Shown here: positions 47,638-57,876 of the stretch, in pieces
How positions within the stretch are numbered: the first letter of the stretch is position 1
Layout of the letters: each line of letters opens with the position of its first letter
Assembly: GCA_032128875.1 (NCBI GenBank)
Contig: JAVLKG010000003.1
Span: 760,974-824,973, forward strand
DNA length: 64,000 nucleotides
Direction of reading: 5' to 3'
Source of the DNA: Candidatus Melainabacteria bacterium 17Bon1m
Lineage (GTDB): Bacteria > Cyanobacteriota > Vampirovibrionia > Obscuribacterales > Obscuribacteraceae
The notes under the pieces: model-generated
Told to the model about the DNA's origin: nothing
Seen by the model: only the letters and a program-made list of their open reading frames with translations
The model's database searches: none
Program-made: the position numbers and the translations under genes

Positions 47638-47651
47638 GTAAATTGAATTTA

Positions 47652-49124
47652 CTATTTCTCAATCGCGCTGAGCGTATTTTTCATGGAGTCGAAGAATACT
47701 TGGGCCATAAACATCTGGTTGAGAGTCCACGGGGCACTGTGTTTTTCGATTGTCTTGCGCAGAACCTGGAATGGATGGGTGTTTGCGCGCGTTTTTTCTA
47801 CGCTCATAAATATTGAACTTGCCCAGGTGAATGTCTGAGTCAACTCAGGCCTGAATATGTGCATACTCAGGTCGTGAGCAGGGAATGACATTGTGATGAC
47901 ACCACTGGCGGTTTCAATCATGCCTTCCAGCGGAAACTTCGCGCGCAGATTATCTTCCACGAAAAAATGCTTTTGGTCTGTTGTTTTCAGCCATTCTGCA
48001 TACTTCGAAAGGTCGATGTTTGCAGGTGTTACCGGATAGGTTCGAATTGTGTTGTGACTGATCAGTGCAAGTCCTTTTCCGTCGAATAGTTCCAGGATAG
48101 TCGGTGCACTGTTAATCAGCTCTATCTCTAGCGCTTCTTGAGTCGGATTCTCCCGAACCTTTTCAAAAAAACGTTTGAGCTTCTCTTTTAGATCACGCTC
48201 TGAATTGTCTTCATAAGCGCTGATTCTCAAGGAGATCAACTTTCCTACTACCTCGCAGTACGACCGCAGCCAGTGTGGAACTGCCTTTGCTTTTGCGTGG
48301 TGGCAAACAATCAGTCCCCACAATCGTCCGTTAGAAACAATAGAGATCGTCAAACTTGCTCCAATCCCATTTTCGCGCAGATGCTGGATGTGAAGCTTGG
48401 AAGCGCTTGTTAAGGCGCAATTACTGAGGGTGATTGGTCCGGAGTCGCCGACTAATGTCGCGGGCTCGTAGTGAGAATCGGGAACTGCTCTGACTGTGTT
48501 TCGACAGTAAGCTTCACACGTTTCCAGGGTTATATCTTGAGCCGGAAACGATAGATTCAAGAAAGAGTCCATGCCTGGCGAAACGCGCTCGGCGATAATC
48601 TGGCCGGTCATAGCTTGGTCGAGCTTGTATACCATCACACGATCAAATCCACTCAGCTTTTTCATTTCCGGTGGAATCAACTGAATGAGCTCTTCAATGC
48701 TGCCGACTTTGCCGAAGGTTGCTACAGCCTCAGTGAGTGCCACTGTTTGTTCGGTGGATGCTTCCGTGTCGTCCTCACTTTCTTCCATCTCTATGAGGAT
48801 ACGGTTCTCTATTGTTTGTACAAAACAGTTGAACTTTCTTTGATCAAATAGTGGAAAGTCCCCTGAAATAAGCATCAGCGTGCGACCTTCTTGGTTGATA
48901 CGCCTTCTGAGATTGGCTGTGATCGCCGCTCCAAAAAGTTCTTCAAAGGTATGGCCAATAATTGTCTTGGCGCCGCCAACAACGATTTTGCTGAAGTTGG
49001 TGCTGGCTTTCAGTACTGTTAAATCTTCTTTCTCAAGCACTAACAGAAATCCGTTAGGTTGAATCGTTGCTTCATTTGATGGAAATTTTTCCGCTTCTTC
49101 GTTTTTGAACATAAGTCTCCCCAC
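47652..49124 (-). CDS. Bacteriophytochrome-like PAS-GAF-PHY protein, degenerate and without an output domain
   Basis: IQPNG, GFDRVMVY, FPAQDI, LWGLIVCHH, FRPE, HSAPW. Confidence 0.88.
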   Translation of the reverse strand: MGRLMFKNEEAEKFPSNEATIQPNGFLLVLEKEDLTVLKASTNFSKIVVGGAKTIIGHTFEELFGAAITANLRRRINQEGRTLMLISGDFPLFDQRKFNCFVQTIENRILIEMEESEDDTEASTEQTVALTEAVATFGKVGSIEELIQLIPPEMKKLSGFDRVMVYKLDQAMTGQIIAERVSPGMDSFLNLSFPAQDITLETCEAYCRNTVRAVPDSHYEPATLVGDSGPITLSNCALTSASKLHIQHLRENGIGASLTISIVSNGRLWGLIVCHHAKAKAVPHWLRSYCEVVGKLISLRISAYEDNSERDLKEKLKRFFEKVRENPTQEALEIELINSAPTILELFDGKGLALISHNTIRTYPVTPANIDLSKYAEWLKTTDQKHFFVEDNLRAKFPLEGMIETASGVITMSFPAHDLSMHIFRPELTQTFTWASSIFMSVEKTRANTHPFQVLRKTIEKHSAPWTLNQMFMAQVFFDSMKNTLSAIEK

Positions 49125-49192
49125 AGAACCCCAACTAGGGTTCCTCGTCTCTGTGGTATTGGTTGCGTAAATTTGTCTAACTGTGCCAGCCG

Positions 49193-49393
49193 CTATGCGA
49201 CTCGATTACTGGACTCGTCAGCAAGCGGTTGCACTTTTCCGTCTTGTCTTTTTAACAGTGTGTCGACGAGCGCTCTATAGATTTCCAGAGCCTTTTTAGG
49301 TTGTCCGTGAGTGGCTAAGAATTCCGCCATCCACTTAAGTTCTTTTATTGGCGTGTCACCATTGGCTCCTCGTGTGAGATTGTTTTTGTCCAT
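49193..49393 (-). CDS. Small TPR-like helical protein
   Basis: LKWMAEFLATHGQPKKALEIYRAL; AAGGTG upstream of ATG 49393. Confidence 0.55.
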   Translation of the reverse strand: MDKNNLTRGANGDTPIKELKWMAEFLATHGQPKKALEIYRALVDTLLKRQDGKVQPLADESSNRVA

Positions 49394-49561
49394 AACTAAA
49401 CACCTTATTTTGATCCGCAGCACAGATGCGAATCGTGAGATTGCTCTGGCTACGAGTTTGACGGACCAATACCGCGTTAGTTCCTCTGTAAAAAATGAGC
49501 AAAAGTGGGAACCTGGGAACCCAATAAGCGCCCCTAGATGGGCACGGTCATCTGGGCAGTG

Positions 49562-50488
49562 TTACCTTGACTTGAATATAGAAAGAAGCAGAGATTCAAA
49601 TCCTTCTTTATCCACAGCGGTGGCAACTTGCACCTTCCGTCCGCCAAAAAGAGAGGTGGATGTTTTACCCATGCTTTTTCCGGACATGGCAACATCAACT
49701 CGCATCTCTTTAAACGTATAGAGTTCGGGTTTAATCGTCGCTGCAGCAGTAAGGGTGTCCCAAAAATAGTACTCAAATCCTTTCACGAGCGACCACAGTT
49801 TTAATGCCAATTTGCATCCACGCGATCGATCGGATGATTCATCCAGCAAGGTGAGAAATTCTTTCGTGACCGGCAGATTGTTGGTCACATCCAATGGGAT
49901 CAGTTTTATTGGGATTTTTGTGTCCAGGGTTACTTTAAAAGCTTCAGGATCAGCATAAATATTCCATTCAGCGCTGCCGTCGTGCCCTTCTTCCTGAACG
50001 TTGCCAGGCACGTTGAAAGCGCCTCCCATAATCACTATTTCCTCGACCTTGCTTTTGAGGTCGGGGTTGTCGCGCAGAAGCGGCGCCACATTCGTCAAAG
50101 GACCGGTTGTGACAAGGGTCATCGGTGTTTTGGAATTGTTCAAACAGTCATAGAAGACTGACTCTATCTTTCTGCCTTGCTTGGCTTGATACGAGCGTCG
50201 CATTTCTATTTCACTGAAAAGAGGAAGCTCATTAATGATGAAGCTCTCTTTGCGCCAATTATCGGGAAATGGGTTAGGAACTGCATCTTCGGTGACTGCA
50301 ATTTCTGCGCCCTCGAGCTGAAGGTACGTTGCTATTTTAACCATGGCGCTGTAAGCCTGATCGGCAAAACAGTCACCATTGGTGATACCAATTGCTTGCA
50401 GATCGATTTCCGGCGCCATCCATAGCAAAACGGCGCTTAAAATATCGTCTACGTGTCCGTCATGGTCGTGCAGTACGGGCTTCGGCAT
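49562..50488 (-). CDS. Nucleoside hydrolase (IU-NH family)
   Basis: DHDGHVDD, TGPLTN, MGG...GN, AEWNIYADP, PLDVT, WD. Confidence 0.92.
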   Translation of the reverse strand: MPKPVLHDHDGHVDDILSAVLLWMAPEIDLQAIGITNGDCFADQAYSAMVKIATYLQLEGAEIAVTEDAVPNPFPDNWRKESFIINELPLFSEIEMRRSYQAKQGRKIESVFYDCLNNSKTPMTLVTTGPLTNVAPLLRDNPDLKSKVEEIVIMGGAFNVPGNVQEEGHDGSAEWNIYADPEAFKVTLDTKIPIKLIPLDVTNNLPVTKEFLTLLDESSDRSRGCKLALKLWSLVKGFEYYFWDTLTAAATIKPELYTFKEMRVDVAMSGKSMGKTSTSLFGGRKVQVATAVDKEGFESLLLSIFKSR

Positions 50489-50638
50489 CAGCTAGACAAA
50501 TTCCCCAGTTCTTCTTTGCAGGCATTAAGCTGAAGTCCAGTTTACTTGTCCTGACGCGCAGTTTCATGAATCTGCGCAGATTCCTGAAGGGTTCGAAATG
50601 AACCTACGTATTAAGGGCGCCCGTGGCTGATTATGCCT

Positions 50639-50947
50639 CTACAAAATTCCTAACTGCATCTTGGCGTCTTCGCTGGCCATGGTTCTTGGGTCCCACCTTG
50701 GCGTCCAGACGAGGTCAACCTTGACGTTTTCAACCCAGGGCAATTTCTTCACTGCCATATGAGCCTGAGACTGAATGACCGCGCCCAGCGGGCACGCGGG
50801 ACTCGTAAGGGTAAGTTTGACTGTGACATTACTTCCCTCGACCTGGATTCCATATATAAGTCCAAGATCGACAATGTTGACCCCCAATTCAGGGTCAACT
50901 ACCGTCCTCAAATTCTCTTGCACTACATCTTCTTGCAACGAGGACAT
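50639..50947 (-). CDS. sufT: DUF59/SufT Fe-S assembly factor
   Basis: VVDPELGVNIVDLGLIY, TLTSPACP, W.P.W...MASEDAK. Confidence 0.88.
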   Translation of the reverse strand: MSSLQEDVVQENLRTVVDPELGVNIVDLGLIYGIQVEGSNVTVKLTLTSPACPLGAVIQSQAHMAVKKLPWVENVKVDLVWTPRWDPRTMASEDAKMQLGIL

Positions 50948-51001
50948 TTCACGTCTCCTACTTTTGGGCTAATCCGGACTATTGAGAATGGGTTTTGATA
51001 G

Positions 51002-51017
51002 CGAATCGATAACGATT
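51002..51017. promoter_or_regulatory. CGAATCGATAACGATT motif upstream of sufT
   Basis: 16/16 match to the recurrent palindrome. Confidence 0.55.
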
Positions 51018-51026
51018 GAATAAAGC

Positions 51027-51476
51027 CTAAGGGGCTGGGGATTTGAGGGTGTTGCCAAGCCCTTCCAGCATTGTGTTCCATGGCAAAAGTGCGCACTTAA
51101 TGCGAACGGGGTATTTTTTTACTCCGCGCAAAGCCTCTAAATCTTCCAGGTCTTCGGGCAATTCAACTTCCTCGGTTTTGTCGAGCATCATTCTTTTGAA
51201 GAGGTCGACAATTTCATTGGCTTCGTCTACGGTTTTGCCAAGAAGTAGCTCTGACATCATGGAGCCGGAGGCGGTATTTATTGAGCAGCCTTTTGCTGTC
51301 AGTTTGACGTCTTCGATTTTTCCGTCTTTTACAGAGAGGTAGAGCGTCAATTCATCGCCGCAAAGAGGGTTGACGCCTTCAACCTGAGCAGTCGGGTGTT
51401 CAATTGCCCCGTGGTTGCGGGGATTATGGTAGTGATCGAGAATTGTTTCCCGATAGAGATCATCTGACAGCGACAT
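51027..51476 (-). CDS. sufU: SufU sulfur acceptor
   Basis: LY.E.ILDHY.NPRN, NPLCGD, GCSI, RIKCALLPW. Confidence 0.95.
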   Translation of the reverse strand: MSLSDDLYRETILDHYHNPRNHGAIEHPTAQVEGVNPLCGDELTLYLSVKDGKIEDVKLTAKGCSINTASGSMMSELLLGKTVDEANEIVDLFKRMMLDKTEEVELPEDLEDLEALRGVKKYPVRIKCALLPWNTMLEGLGNTLKSPAP

Positions 51477-52704
51477 GACCTAAAACCTTATCTGCTTCCT
51501 TCAACGCTTCGAACAACAGATCCACTTCTTCTTTGGTGTTGTAGATATAGAAGCTAGCTCTTGCTGTTCCCATAACATTCAAATCGCGCATCAGTGGCTG
51601 GCAGCAGTGATGCCCGGCTCTGACTGCAATTGCTGCGTCGGCGCAAATTTGCCCAATGTCGTGCGCGTGGATCGCGTCAACATTGAATGCAATTACGCCA
51701 CCACGCAGAGTGGCATCTTTCGGCCCAAAAATAGTGATATCGCCGAGCTCGCTCAGCTTTTCGAGAGCGTATCTGGTGATTTCAATCTCGTGCTCGCGGA
51801 CATTATCCATGCCGAGCGCGCTCAAATATTCAATTGCTTTTCCTGATGCAATCACGTCTGCAATGTTGCGCGTTCCAGCCTCGAATTTCCATGGCAATTC
51901 AGTCCATGTGGCTTTGTCGCGAGTGACTGTTGTAATCATGTGACCACCTGACTGAAAAGGCGGCATAGCGTTCAACAATTCTGTTTTGCCATACAAGATG
52001 CCGACACCGGTAGGCCCCAGCATTTTGTGCATAGAGAAGGTCAGAAAATCGACATCCAGTTCGCGCACAGATGTTTTCACGTGCGGTACGCCTTGTGCTC
52101 CGTCAACAAGGATGACAGCGCCGTGTGCATGTGCCAGTTCAGCCAATTCCTTAATAGGATTGATTGTGCCGAATACATTGGACATCTGAGTAACAGCGAC
52201 GATTTTCGTCTTGTCGCTGATCAATTTCTTTGCTTCAGCCATGTCCAATTGACCGTCTTCGGTAATCGGAATGAAGACTAGTTTTGCACTGCGCTCTGTC
52301 GCCAGGCGTTGCCACGGAATTAAATTGGAATGGTGCTCCATGGCGGTGAGTACAATCTCGTCGCCTGGAAGAATGTTGGCGTTGCCCCAAGAGTGAGCCA
52401 CGAGGTTGATGGCTTCGGTGGTGCCGCTGGTGAAAATAATCTCGTGTGTATGAGCGGCATCGATAAATGCACGAACGGTTTCGCGGACAGATTCATAAGC
52501 ATCCGTCGCTTCTTCTGCAAGCGTGTGGATACCTCTGTGAATATTAGCGTTGTAGCCTTGGTAGTATTCAGTAAGCGCGTCGATGACAACTTTCGGTTTT
52601 TGAGATGTCGCAGCGTTATCTAGGTATACAAGCTGCTTTCCATCGATTTTGCGGCTCAAAATCGGAAAGTCTTTGCGGATTTTTTCTACGTTCAATTTAC
52701 TCAT
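51460..52704 (-). CDS. sufS: Cysteine desulfurase
   Basis: YLDNAATSQKP, EHHSN, DGAQ, HKMLGPTG, RAGHHC, RASFYIYN. Confidence 0.97.
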   Translation of the reverse strand: MSKLNVEKIRKDFPILSRKIDGKQLVYLDNAATSQKPKVVIDALTEYYQGYNANIHRGIHTLAEEATDAYESVRETVRAFIDAAHTHEIIFTSGTTEAINLVAHSWGNANILPGDEIVLTAMEHHSNLIPWQRLATERSAKLVFIPITEDGQLDMAEAKKLISDKTKIVAVTQMSNVFGTINPIKELAELAHAHGAVILVDGAQGVPHVKTSVRELDVDFLTFSMHKMLGPTGVGILYGKTELLNAMPPFQSGGHMITTVTRDKATWTELPWKFEAGTRNIADVIASGKAIEYLSALGMDNVREHEIEITRYALEKLSELGDITIFGPKDATLRGGVIAFNVDAIHAHDIGQICADAAIAVRAGHHCCQPLMRDLNVMGTARASFYIYNTKEEVDLLFEALKEADKVLGHVAVR

Positions 52705-52709
52705 CGTCG

Positions 52710-53045
52710 TTACCTCGCACCAAAGGCAGTGGCTTGTGCCGCTACCCAAATTTCTTCCCCACGCAATTCGACTTTGTAAGTCGGCACCGGCAAAACCGCC
52801 GGCAAACACAACGCTTTGCCTGTAATCACGTCAAAGCGCGCACCGTGGCGAGGACACTCTATTTGATTGTCAACAAGTTCGCCTTCGCCTAGTGGACCGC
52901 CGTCGTGGGTACACAAATCAGCAATGGCGTAAAACTCTCCGTCTACATTGCATATGGCCAATTCCGTTTCAAAAGCGGTAAATACGCGGGAGGCACCTTG
53001 CGGTATATCCGCTTTGTTTGCCACTTTTACGAATTCAACGGACAT
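52710..53045 (-). CDS. Rieske-type ferredoxin
   Basis: CTH...CPRH motif; AGGAG RBS. Confidence 0.93.
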   Translation of the reverse strand: MSVEFVKVANKADIPQGASRVFTAFETELAICNVDGEFYAIADLCTHDGGPLGEGELVDNQIECPRHGARFDVITGKALCLPAVLPVPTYKVELRGEEIWVAAQATAFGAR

Positions 53046-53065
53046 CTGAAACTTGCTCCTGAAAG

Positions 53066-54445
53066 TTAGCTGTGAATCTTGTCTGCAACGAGGGCGTTTA
53101 TCCAATCGCCTGCACCATCGACCGGACAAGATTGAACAACTTGGCGGAAGAAGCCGGTAACGATGAGTTCTTCGGCTTCGAGTAAACTCAAACCGCGGCT
53201 CATTAGATAGAAAATCTGCTCTTTATCGGCTGGTCCGACAGTTGCGCCGTGCGCGCATTTTACGTCGTCTGCGAGAATTTCCAACTTTGGAATCGAATCT
53301 GCATGCGCATTAGAGCCGAGCAGTAAGTTCTTGTTGCTTTGATAGGAGTCTGTGCGCTGCGCTTCTTTGCTGACTCTGATCGTTCCCAAATAAGCTGATG
53401 AAGAGCTCTCTTTGAGGGCGACGCGGAAATTGATTGTCGATGTGGTGTCAGGCGAAATGTGATCCTGAATGGTATTGAACGAATAACGCTCGCTGCCGGC
53501 ACCCAAAACAACTCCTCGGATGTCGCTTTTGGAGCCAGGCTCTTTCAAATTGGTCTGGATATCCGATTTGATTTGCCAGCCGCCCAAAGCAACGGTCGAT
53601 GCATGAAGTGAGCCGTCTTTTCTTACTTCGTTGTATACACGTGAAACAGCGAAAGTATTTGACGAGAAGTCTGAAACATCAAGGTAAGAGAGGCTGCCGT
53701 TTGCTCCGACATAAGTCTCGATTGACGAATTGACCAGCGAAAGTGATTCCTGCGCATTGACAGCTGTCGTTTTGTCGGCGGTGCAGATGTTGACGAACTC
53801 GGCTTTAGCGCCTTGTTCGACGATGATGATCACGCGCGGGAAAAGGGCGATGGATGTTTCAGCGCCACTAGACAGTACATTCAATACAGGACTTTCAAGA
53901 ATAACGTTCTTCGGAACATAGAGAAATGCACCGCAATTGAAAAGCGACTGGTTCATCAAATAAAACTTGTCGTTTTGCGCAAAATCCGGTGTCGGCAAAT
54001 TCTCCGGCGCCAGGTATTTGCTCAGAAGATCGGCATGTTGAGCCAGAGCTGTTTTCAACGAGCAAAAAATCACTCCTTTGGAAAGCAGCGCGCTGTCGGC
54101 ATTGCCGATTTCAACACTCTGAGGAGTCGTGTAAATGTAAGGCAAGTTTTTGCCGAGGTGCGAAAGTGCTTCAGTTATAACCGCGGGCTCTTTTGCAGCG
54201 CTCTTTTCTTTGCTGTCGCTGACGACTACATTGAGAGTGCTCAAGTCAAGCGCGTCTACTTCGGTACGACGCCAGTTCTCGTCACGATTGCACGGAGTCG
54301 GGATCTTCAAATAAGACTCGAAAGCCTTCAAACGACTATCTTTCAACCATGCTGGTTCCGCAGTCTGTTTGGTTATTTCGTCTACCCGCTCTTTTGCTAT
54401 CGTTTTCACCATCTCACCCAATGTCTCTCTAAACCCAGTTGTCAC
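53066..54445 (-). CDS. sufD: Fe-S assembly protein SufD
   Basis: ENWRRT, PKLEILADDVKCAHGATVG, FYLMSRG. Confidence 0.93.
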   Translation of the reverse strand: MTTGFRETLGEMVKTIAKERVDEITKQTAEPAWLKDSRLKAFESYLKIPTPCNRDENWRRTEVDALDLSTLNVVVSDSKEKSAAKEPAVITEALSHLGKNLPYIYTTPQSVEIGNADSALLSKGVIFCSLKTALAQHADLLSKYLAPENLPTPDFAQNDKFYLMNQSLFNCGAFLYVPKNVILESPVLNVLSSGAETSIALFPRVIIIVEQGAKAEFVNICTADKTTAVNAQESLSLVNSSIETYVGANGSLSYLDVSDFSSNTFAVSRVYNEVRKDGSLHASTVALGGWQIKSDIQTNLKEPGSKSDIRGVVLGAGSERYSFNTIQDHISPDTTSTINFRVALKESSSSAYLGTIRVSKEAQRTDSYQSNKNLLLGSNAHADSIPKLEILADDVKCAHGATVGPADKEQIFYLMSRGLSLLEAEELIVTGFFRQVVQSCPVDGAGDWINALVADKIHS

Positions 54446-54508
54446 GCGTATTCGCGTCCGTCTCGGCCATGTTTAAGCATGGCTCGCCTCAGTCTTCGAT
54501 AGCCATAG

Positions 54509-55954
54509 TTAACCTACGGAACCTTCCATCTCGAGCTGGATGAGCCTGTTCAGCTCAACAGCGTATTCCAGTGGAAGCTCCTTGGTGAAGGGCTCGAAGA
54601 AACCATTAACGATCATCGCTTTAGCTTCCGCTTCAGTCAGACCGCGGCTCATCAAATAGAAAAGCTGCTCTTCTCCGACTTTGGAAACGGTCGCTTCGTG
54701 CTCGATGGTTACTTCTTTCTCGTCCACTTCCATAGTCGGATAAGTGTCCGAGCGCGAAGCTTCATCGAGAAGGAGCGCATCGCAACGTACTGAGGACTTG
54801 GAGTTTTTCGCTTCCGGATACACCTTGATCAATCCGCGATACGAGGCGCGGCCGCCGTCTTTCGAGATGGACTTCGAGACGATGGTGGAGGTGGTGTTCG
54901 GTGCGGCATGGATTATTTTGGCACCAGCGTCTTGGTGCTGCTCGCTGCCGGAAAGAGCAACTGAGAGCACTTCGCCGTGCGCGCGCTGTCCGACCAGGTA
55001 AATAGCCGGATACTTCATAGTCAGCTTGGAACCGAGGTTGCCATCGATCCATTCGACCTTCGCGTCTTCGTGAGCGACTGCGCGTTTGGTGACAAGGTTG
55101 TATACGTTCTTCGACCAGTTTTGGATTGTCGTGTAGCGAATGTGAGCGCCTTTCTTCGCGATCAACTCAACTACTGCAGAGTGCAGCGAGTCTGTCGAAT
55201 AGACAGGAGCCGTGCAACCTTCGATGTAGTGCACGTAGCTGCCTGGCTCGGCGATGATAAGCGTGCGCTCGAATTGACCCATGTTTTCTGCGTTAATGCG
55301 GAAATACGCTTGCAGCGGGATTTCCACTTTGACGCCGGATGGCACCCAGATGAAGCTGCCGCCGGACCAGACTGCCGAGTTCAATGCTGAGAACTTGTTG
55401 TCTGCAGATGGAATAACCGTAGCGAAGTGTTCGCGCACGATATCTTCGTGCTCGCGCAAACCTGAATCCATGTCGAGGAAGATTACGCCTTGTTTTTCAA
55501 GGTCTTCACGAATGGAGTGATAAACAACTTCCGACTCGTACTGAGCGGTGACTCCGGCGAGGAATTTGCGCTCGGCTTCGGGAATACCAAGGCGATCGAA
55601 GGTTTGCTTGATGCCTTCCGGTACCTCGTCCCAATTCTTTTCCCCCTTTTCGGAGGGCTTGATGTAATAGAAGATATTGTCGAAATCGATGTCTCCGAGC
55701 AGCTTGCAGTTGCCCCAGGTCGGCATCGGCTTCTTGCGGAAAATATCAAGCGCGCGCAGGCGGAACTTGAGCATCCACTCCGGCTCGTTTTTCATCGCTG
55801 AGATACTGCGGACAATCTCTTCTGTCAGTCCGCGACCGGATTTGAAAACGTAGTCTTCTTTATCCTTGAAACCGTATTTGTAGTCAGACGCAATGGAGCG
55901 GATGTCTCCAAACTGGTCTGTGGTTTCTTGTGGTTGTCTAAGTTCGGCTGCCAT
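54509..55954 (-). CDS. sufB: Fe-S assembly protein SufB
   Basis: EPEWML.FRL, AQYESE, GQFERT, EGCTAP, HEAT, GFFEP...LPLEYA. Confidence 0.97.
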   Translation of the reverse strand: MAAELRQPQETTDQFGDIRSIASDYKYGFKDKEDYVFKSGRGLTEEIVRSISAMKNEPEWMLKFRLRALDIFRKKPMPTWGNCKLLGDIDFDNIFYYIKPSEKGEKNWDEVPEGIKQTFDRLGIPEAERKFLAGVTAQYESEVVYHSIREDLEKQGVIFLDMDSGLREHEDIVREHFATVIPSADNKFSALNSAVWSGGSFIWVPSGVKVEIPLQAYFRINAENMGQFERTLIIAEPGSYVHYIEGCTAPVYSTDSLHSAVVELIAKKGAHIRYTTIQNWSKNVYNLVTKRAVAHEDAKVEWIDGNLGSKLTMKYPAIYLVGQRAHGEVLSVALSGSEQHQDAGAKIIHAAPNTTSTIVSKSISKDGGRASYRGLIKVYPEAKNSKSSVRCDALLLDEASRSDTYPTMEVDEKEVTIEHEATVSKVGEEQLFYLMSRGLTEAEAKAMIVNGFFEPFTKELPLEYAVELNRLIQLEMEGSVG

Positions 55955-55970
55955 GGTTGCCTCCTTCAGG

Positions 55971-56741
55971 CTAAGCTACGCCCGAGGGTGTAAGTTCTTG
56001 TGTGACCCAGTCGTATCCGCGTTCTTCGAGCTCTTCGGAAAGCTCGCTTCCGCCGGTTTTGACAATCTGTCCGCTCTGGAAAACGTGGACGAAGTCCGGT
56101 TTTACATAGTTGAGAATGCGCTGATAGTGAGTGATTAGAAGCACTGCGGTTTCTTTTGTCGCCAGCGTGTTGATGCCATTTGACACAACTTTGAGAGCGT
56201 CGATGTCGAGACCGGAGTCGGTTTCGTCAAGCACAGCCAGAGCCGGCTTGAGAAGAGTCATCTGCAAAATTTCCAGACGTTTTTTCTCACCACCCGAGAA
56301 ACCGTCATTGATATAACGCGAAAGAAATTCATCCTTCACTTCCAGAAGCGCCATTTGAGCTTTCAGCTCCTGACGAAACTCTTTGACAGGAATTTCTTTG
56401 CCCCGCACCGCTTTAACTGAAGCGCGCAGGAAGTTTGAAACTGAAACGCCGGGAATGGCGACGGGATATTGAAACGCCAGAGACAAGCCCTTTTTCGCTC
56501 TTTCGTCCGGCGGCAAATCACCGATCTCTTCACCTTTGAAGAGAATCGAGCCGCGATTGATGTGATAGCGAGGGTGCCCCATCAGCGTGTAAGACAGAGT
56601 CGATTTACCCGAGCCGTTACGACCCATGATGGCGTGCACTTCACCAGGGTTGATGGTGAGATTGACACCCTTAAGAATGTCCTTGCCCTCTACTGAGACC
56701 CACAGGTCTTCAATCTTCAGAAGTGGTTCTTGTGCTGCCAT
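55971..56741 (-). CDS. sufC: Fe-S assembly ATPase SufC
   Basis: [38 protein letters not shown]. Confidence 0.97.
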   Translation of the reverse strand: MAAQEPLLKIEDLWVSVEGKDILKGVNLTINPGEVHAIMGRNGSGKSTLSYTLMGHPRYHINRGSILFKGEEIGDLPPDERAKKGLSLAFQYPVAIPGVSVSNFLRASVKAVRGKEIPVKEFRQELKAQMALLEVKDEFLSRYINDGFSGGEKKRLEILQMTLLKPALAVLDETDSGLDIDALKVVSNGINTLATKETAVLLITHYQRILNYVKPDFVHVFQSGQIVKTGGSELSEELEERGYDWVTQELTPSGVA

Positions 56742-57122
56742 CTTGTTTCTCGGTCCTTTGTGGTTTCTGTCTCGAGCCTTAAGCTCTGCCGGCCCTTTAA
56801 ATGGGATATATATCCTATCCTTTTTAAATAAGGAGCTCCTTGAGAAGGCACCTTAAACATATCAAAGTTTCGGCTGGTTGGCTTTTATAGATATAATAGT
56901 ATCAAAAATCTACCAAGTCCCGCTCGTCCTTAAGGATAGTTTTTGTAAGCTCAAATGGCGCTTTGGGACCGACCTGACTGATAACCGAGCCGGATATTTG
57001 GGGTACCGGGATAGAAGAAATCGCGAAAAGGCATTGTTGCGACACGGTTACACTAGTTACGCTTAAACTTCGACCAGATAACGATTTGACCATTTAACCA
57101 ATAGACCGATAGAACTATAGAA

Positions 57123-57767
57123 ATGATTACTCAGCCACTATCCGGAACTCCAGAGACAACTCAACAAGCCGTGCTTCTTTACTTGAAGCGCCACGGCGAG
57201 ATGACCATCGGGGAACTTTGTGACGTGCTGAATATTACGTCCATGGCCGTGAGGCGCCATATCTCCGGGCTAATGCAAGAAGGTCTGGTGCTCTCGCGCA
57301 TGGTCAAACAGTCTCGCGGGCGGCCGACTTATAAGTACAGCTTGTCTCAAAAGGCCGAATCCTTATTCCCGTCAGGGATGCAGACCCTAGCCGTCGAGCT
57401 TCTCGACATGGTTTTTGAAGAGTCCGGGCACAAGGGGGTTATGAAGCTTTTGGAGCGCCGCAATGAAAAGCGCGCCGCACGCTTGCTTTCCCGCGTGGAG
57501 GGCAAGTCGCTCGAAGATCGAGTGGTCGAAGTGACGAAGATCTTCTCGGAAGACGGTTATATGACCGAATGGGAGAAGTTGCCGGATGGCAATTTCTTCA
57601 TTTTTCAGCGCCACTGTGCGCTTCACGACCTGGCTCATAAATATCGCCAGCTTTGCGCTCTTGAGCCCCAGCTGATGGAGACTTTGCTGGGGGTTAAGGT
57701 AACGCGCGAAAAGTATATGCTGCAAAACGACCCGGTGTGCGGTTACCTGGTCAAACGGGCTGGATAG
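57123..57767 (+). CDS. sufR: SufR-type transcriptional regulator
   Basis: HTH MAVRRHI, GRP..Y.L, C-terminal Cys ligands (HC...LC..E...C); divergent from sufC. Confidence 0.85.
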   Translation: MITQPLSGTPETTQQAVLLYLKRHGEMTIGELCDVLNITSMAVRRHISGLMQEGLVLSRMVKQSRGRPTYKYSLSQKAESLFPSGMQTLAVELLDMVFEESGHKGVMKLLERRNEKRAARLLSRVEGKSLEDRVVEVTKIFSEDGYMTEWEKLPDGNFFIFQRHCALHDLAHKYRQLCALEPQLMETLLGVKVTREKYMLQNDPVCGYLVKRAG

Positions 57768-57876
57768 AGGCGCTTTAAGCGTAATTACACGCTAGTCACT
57801 CCCTCTGCGCAGATCTAATATCTGTACACTTCACATGTTTTTTTTCGAAAACGCGCTCTCGCGTAGTTTTGGTTAA

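Noticed and set aside
56850..57070. Cyanobacterial SufR operator (CAAC-N6-GTTG)
   Set aside because: No convincing copy was found by eye, only weak AAAC-N8-GTTT symmetry.
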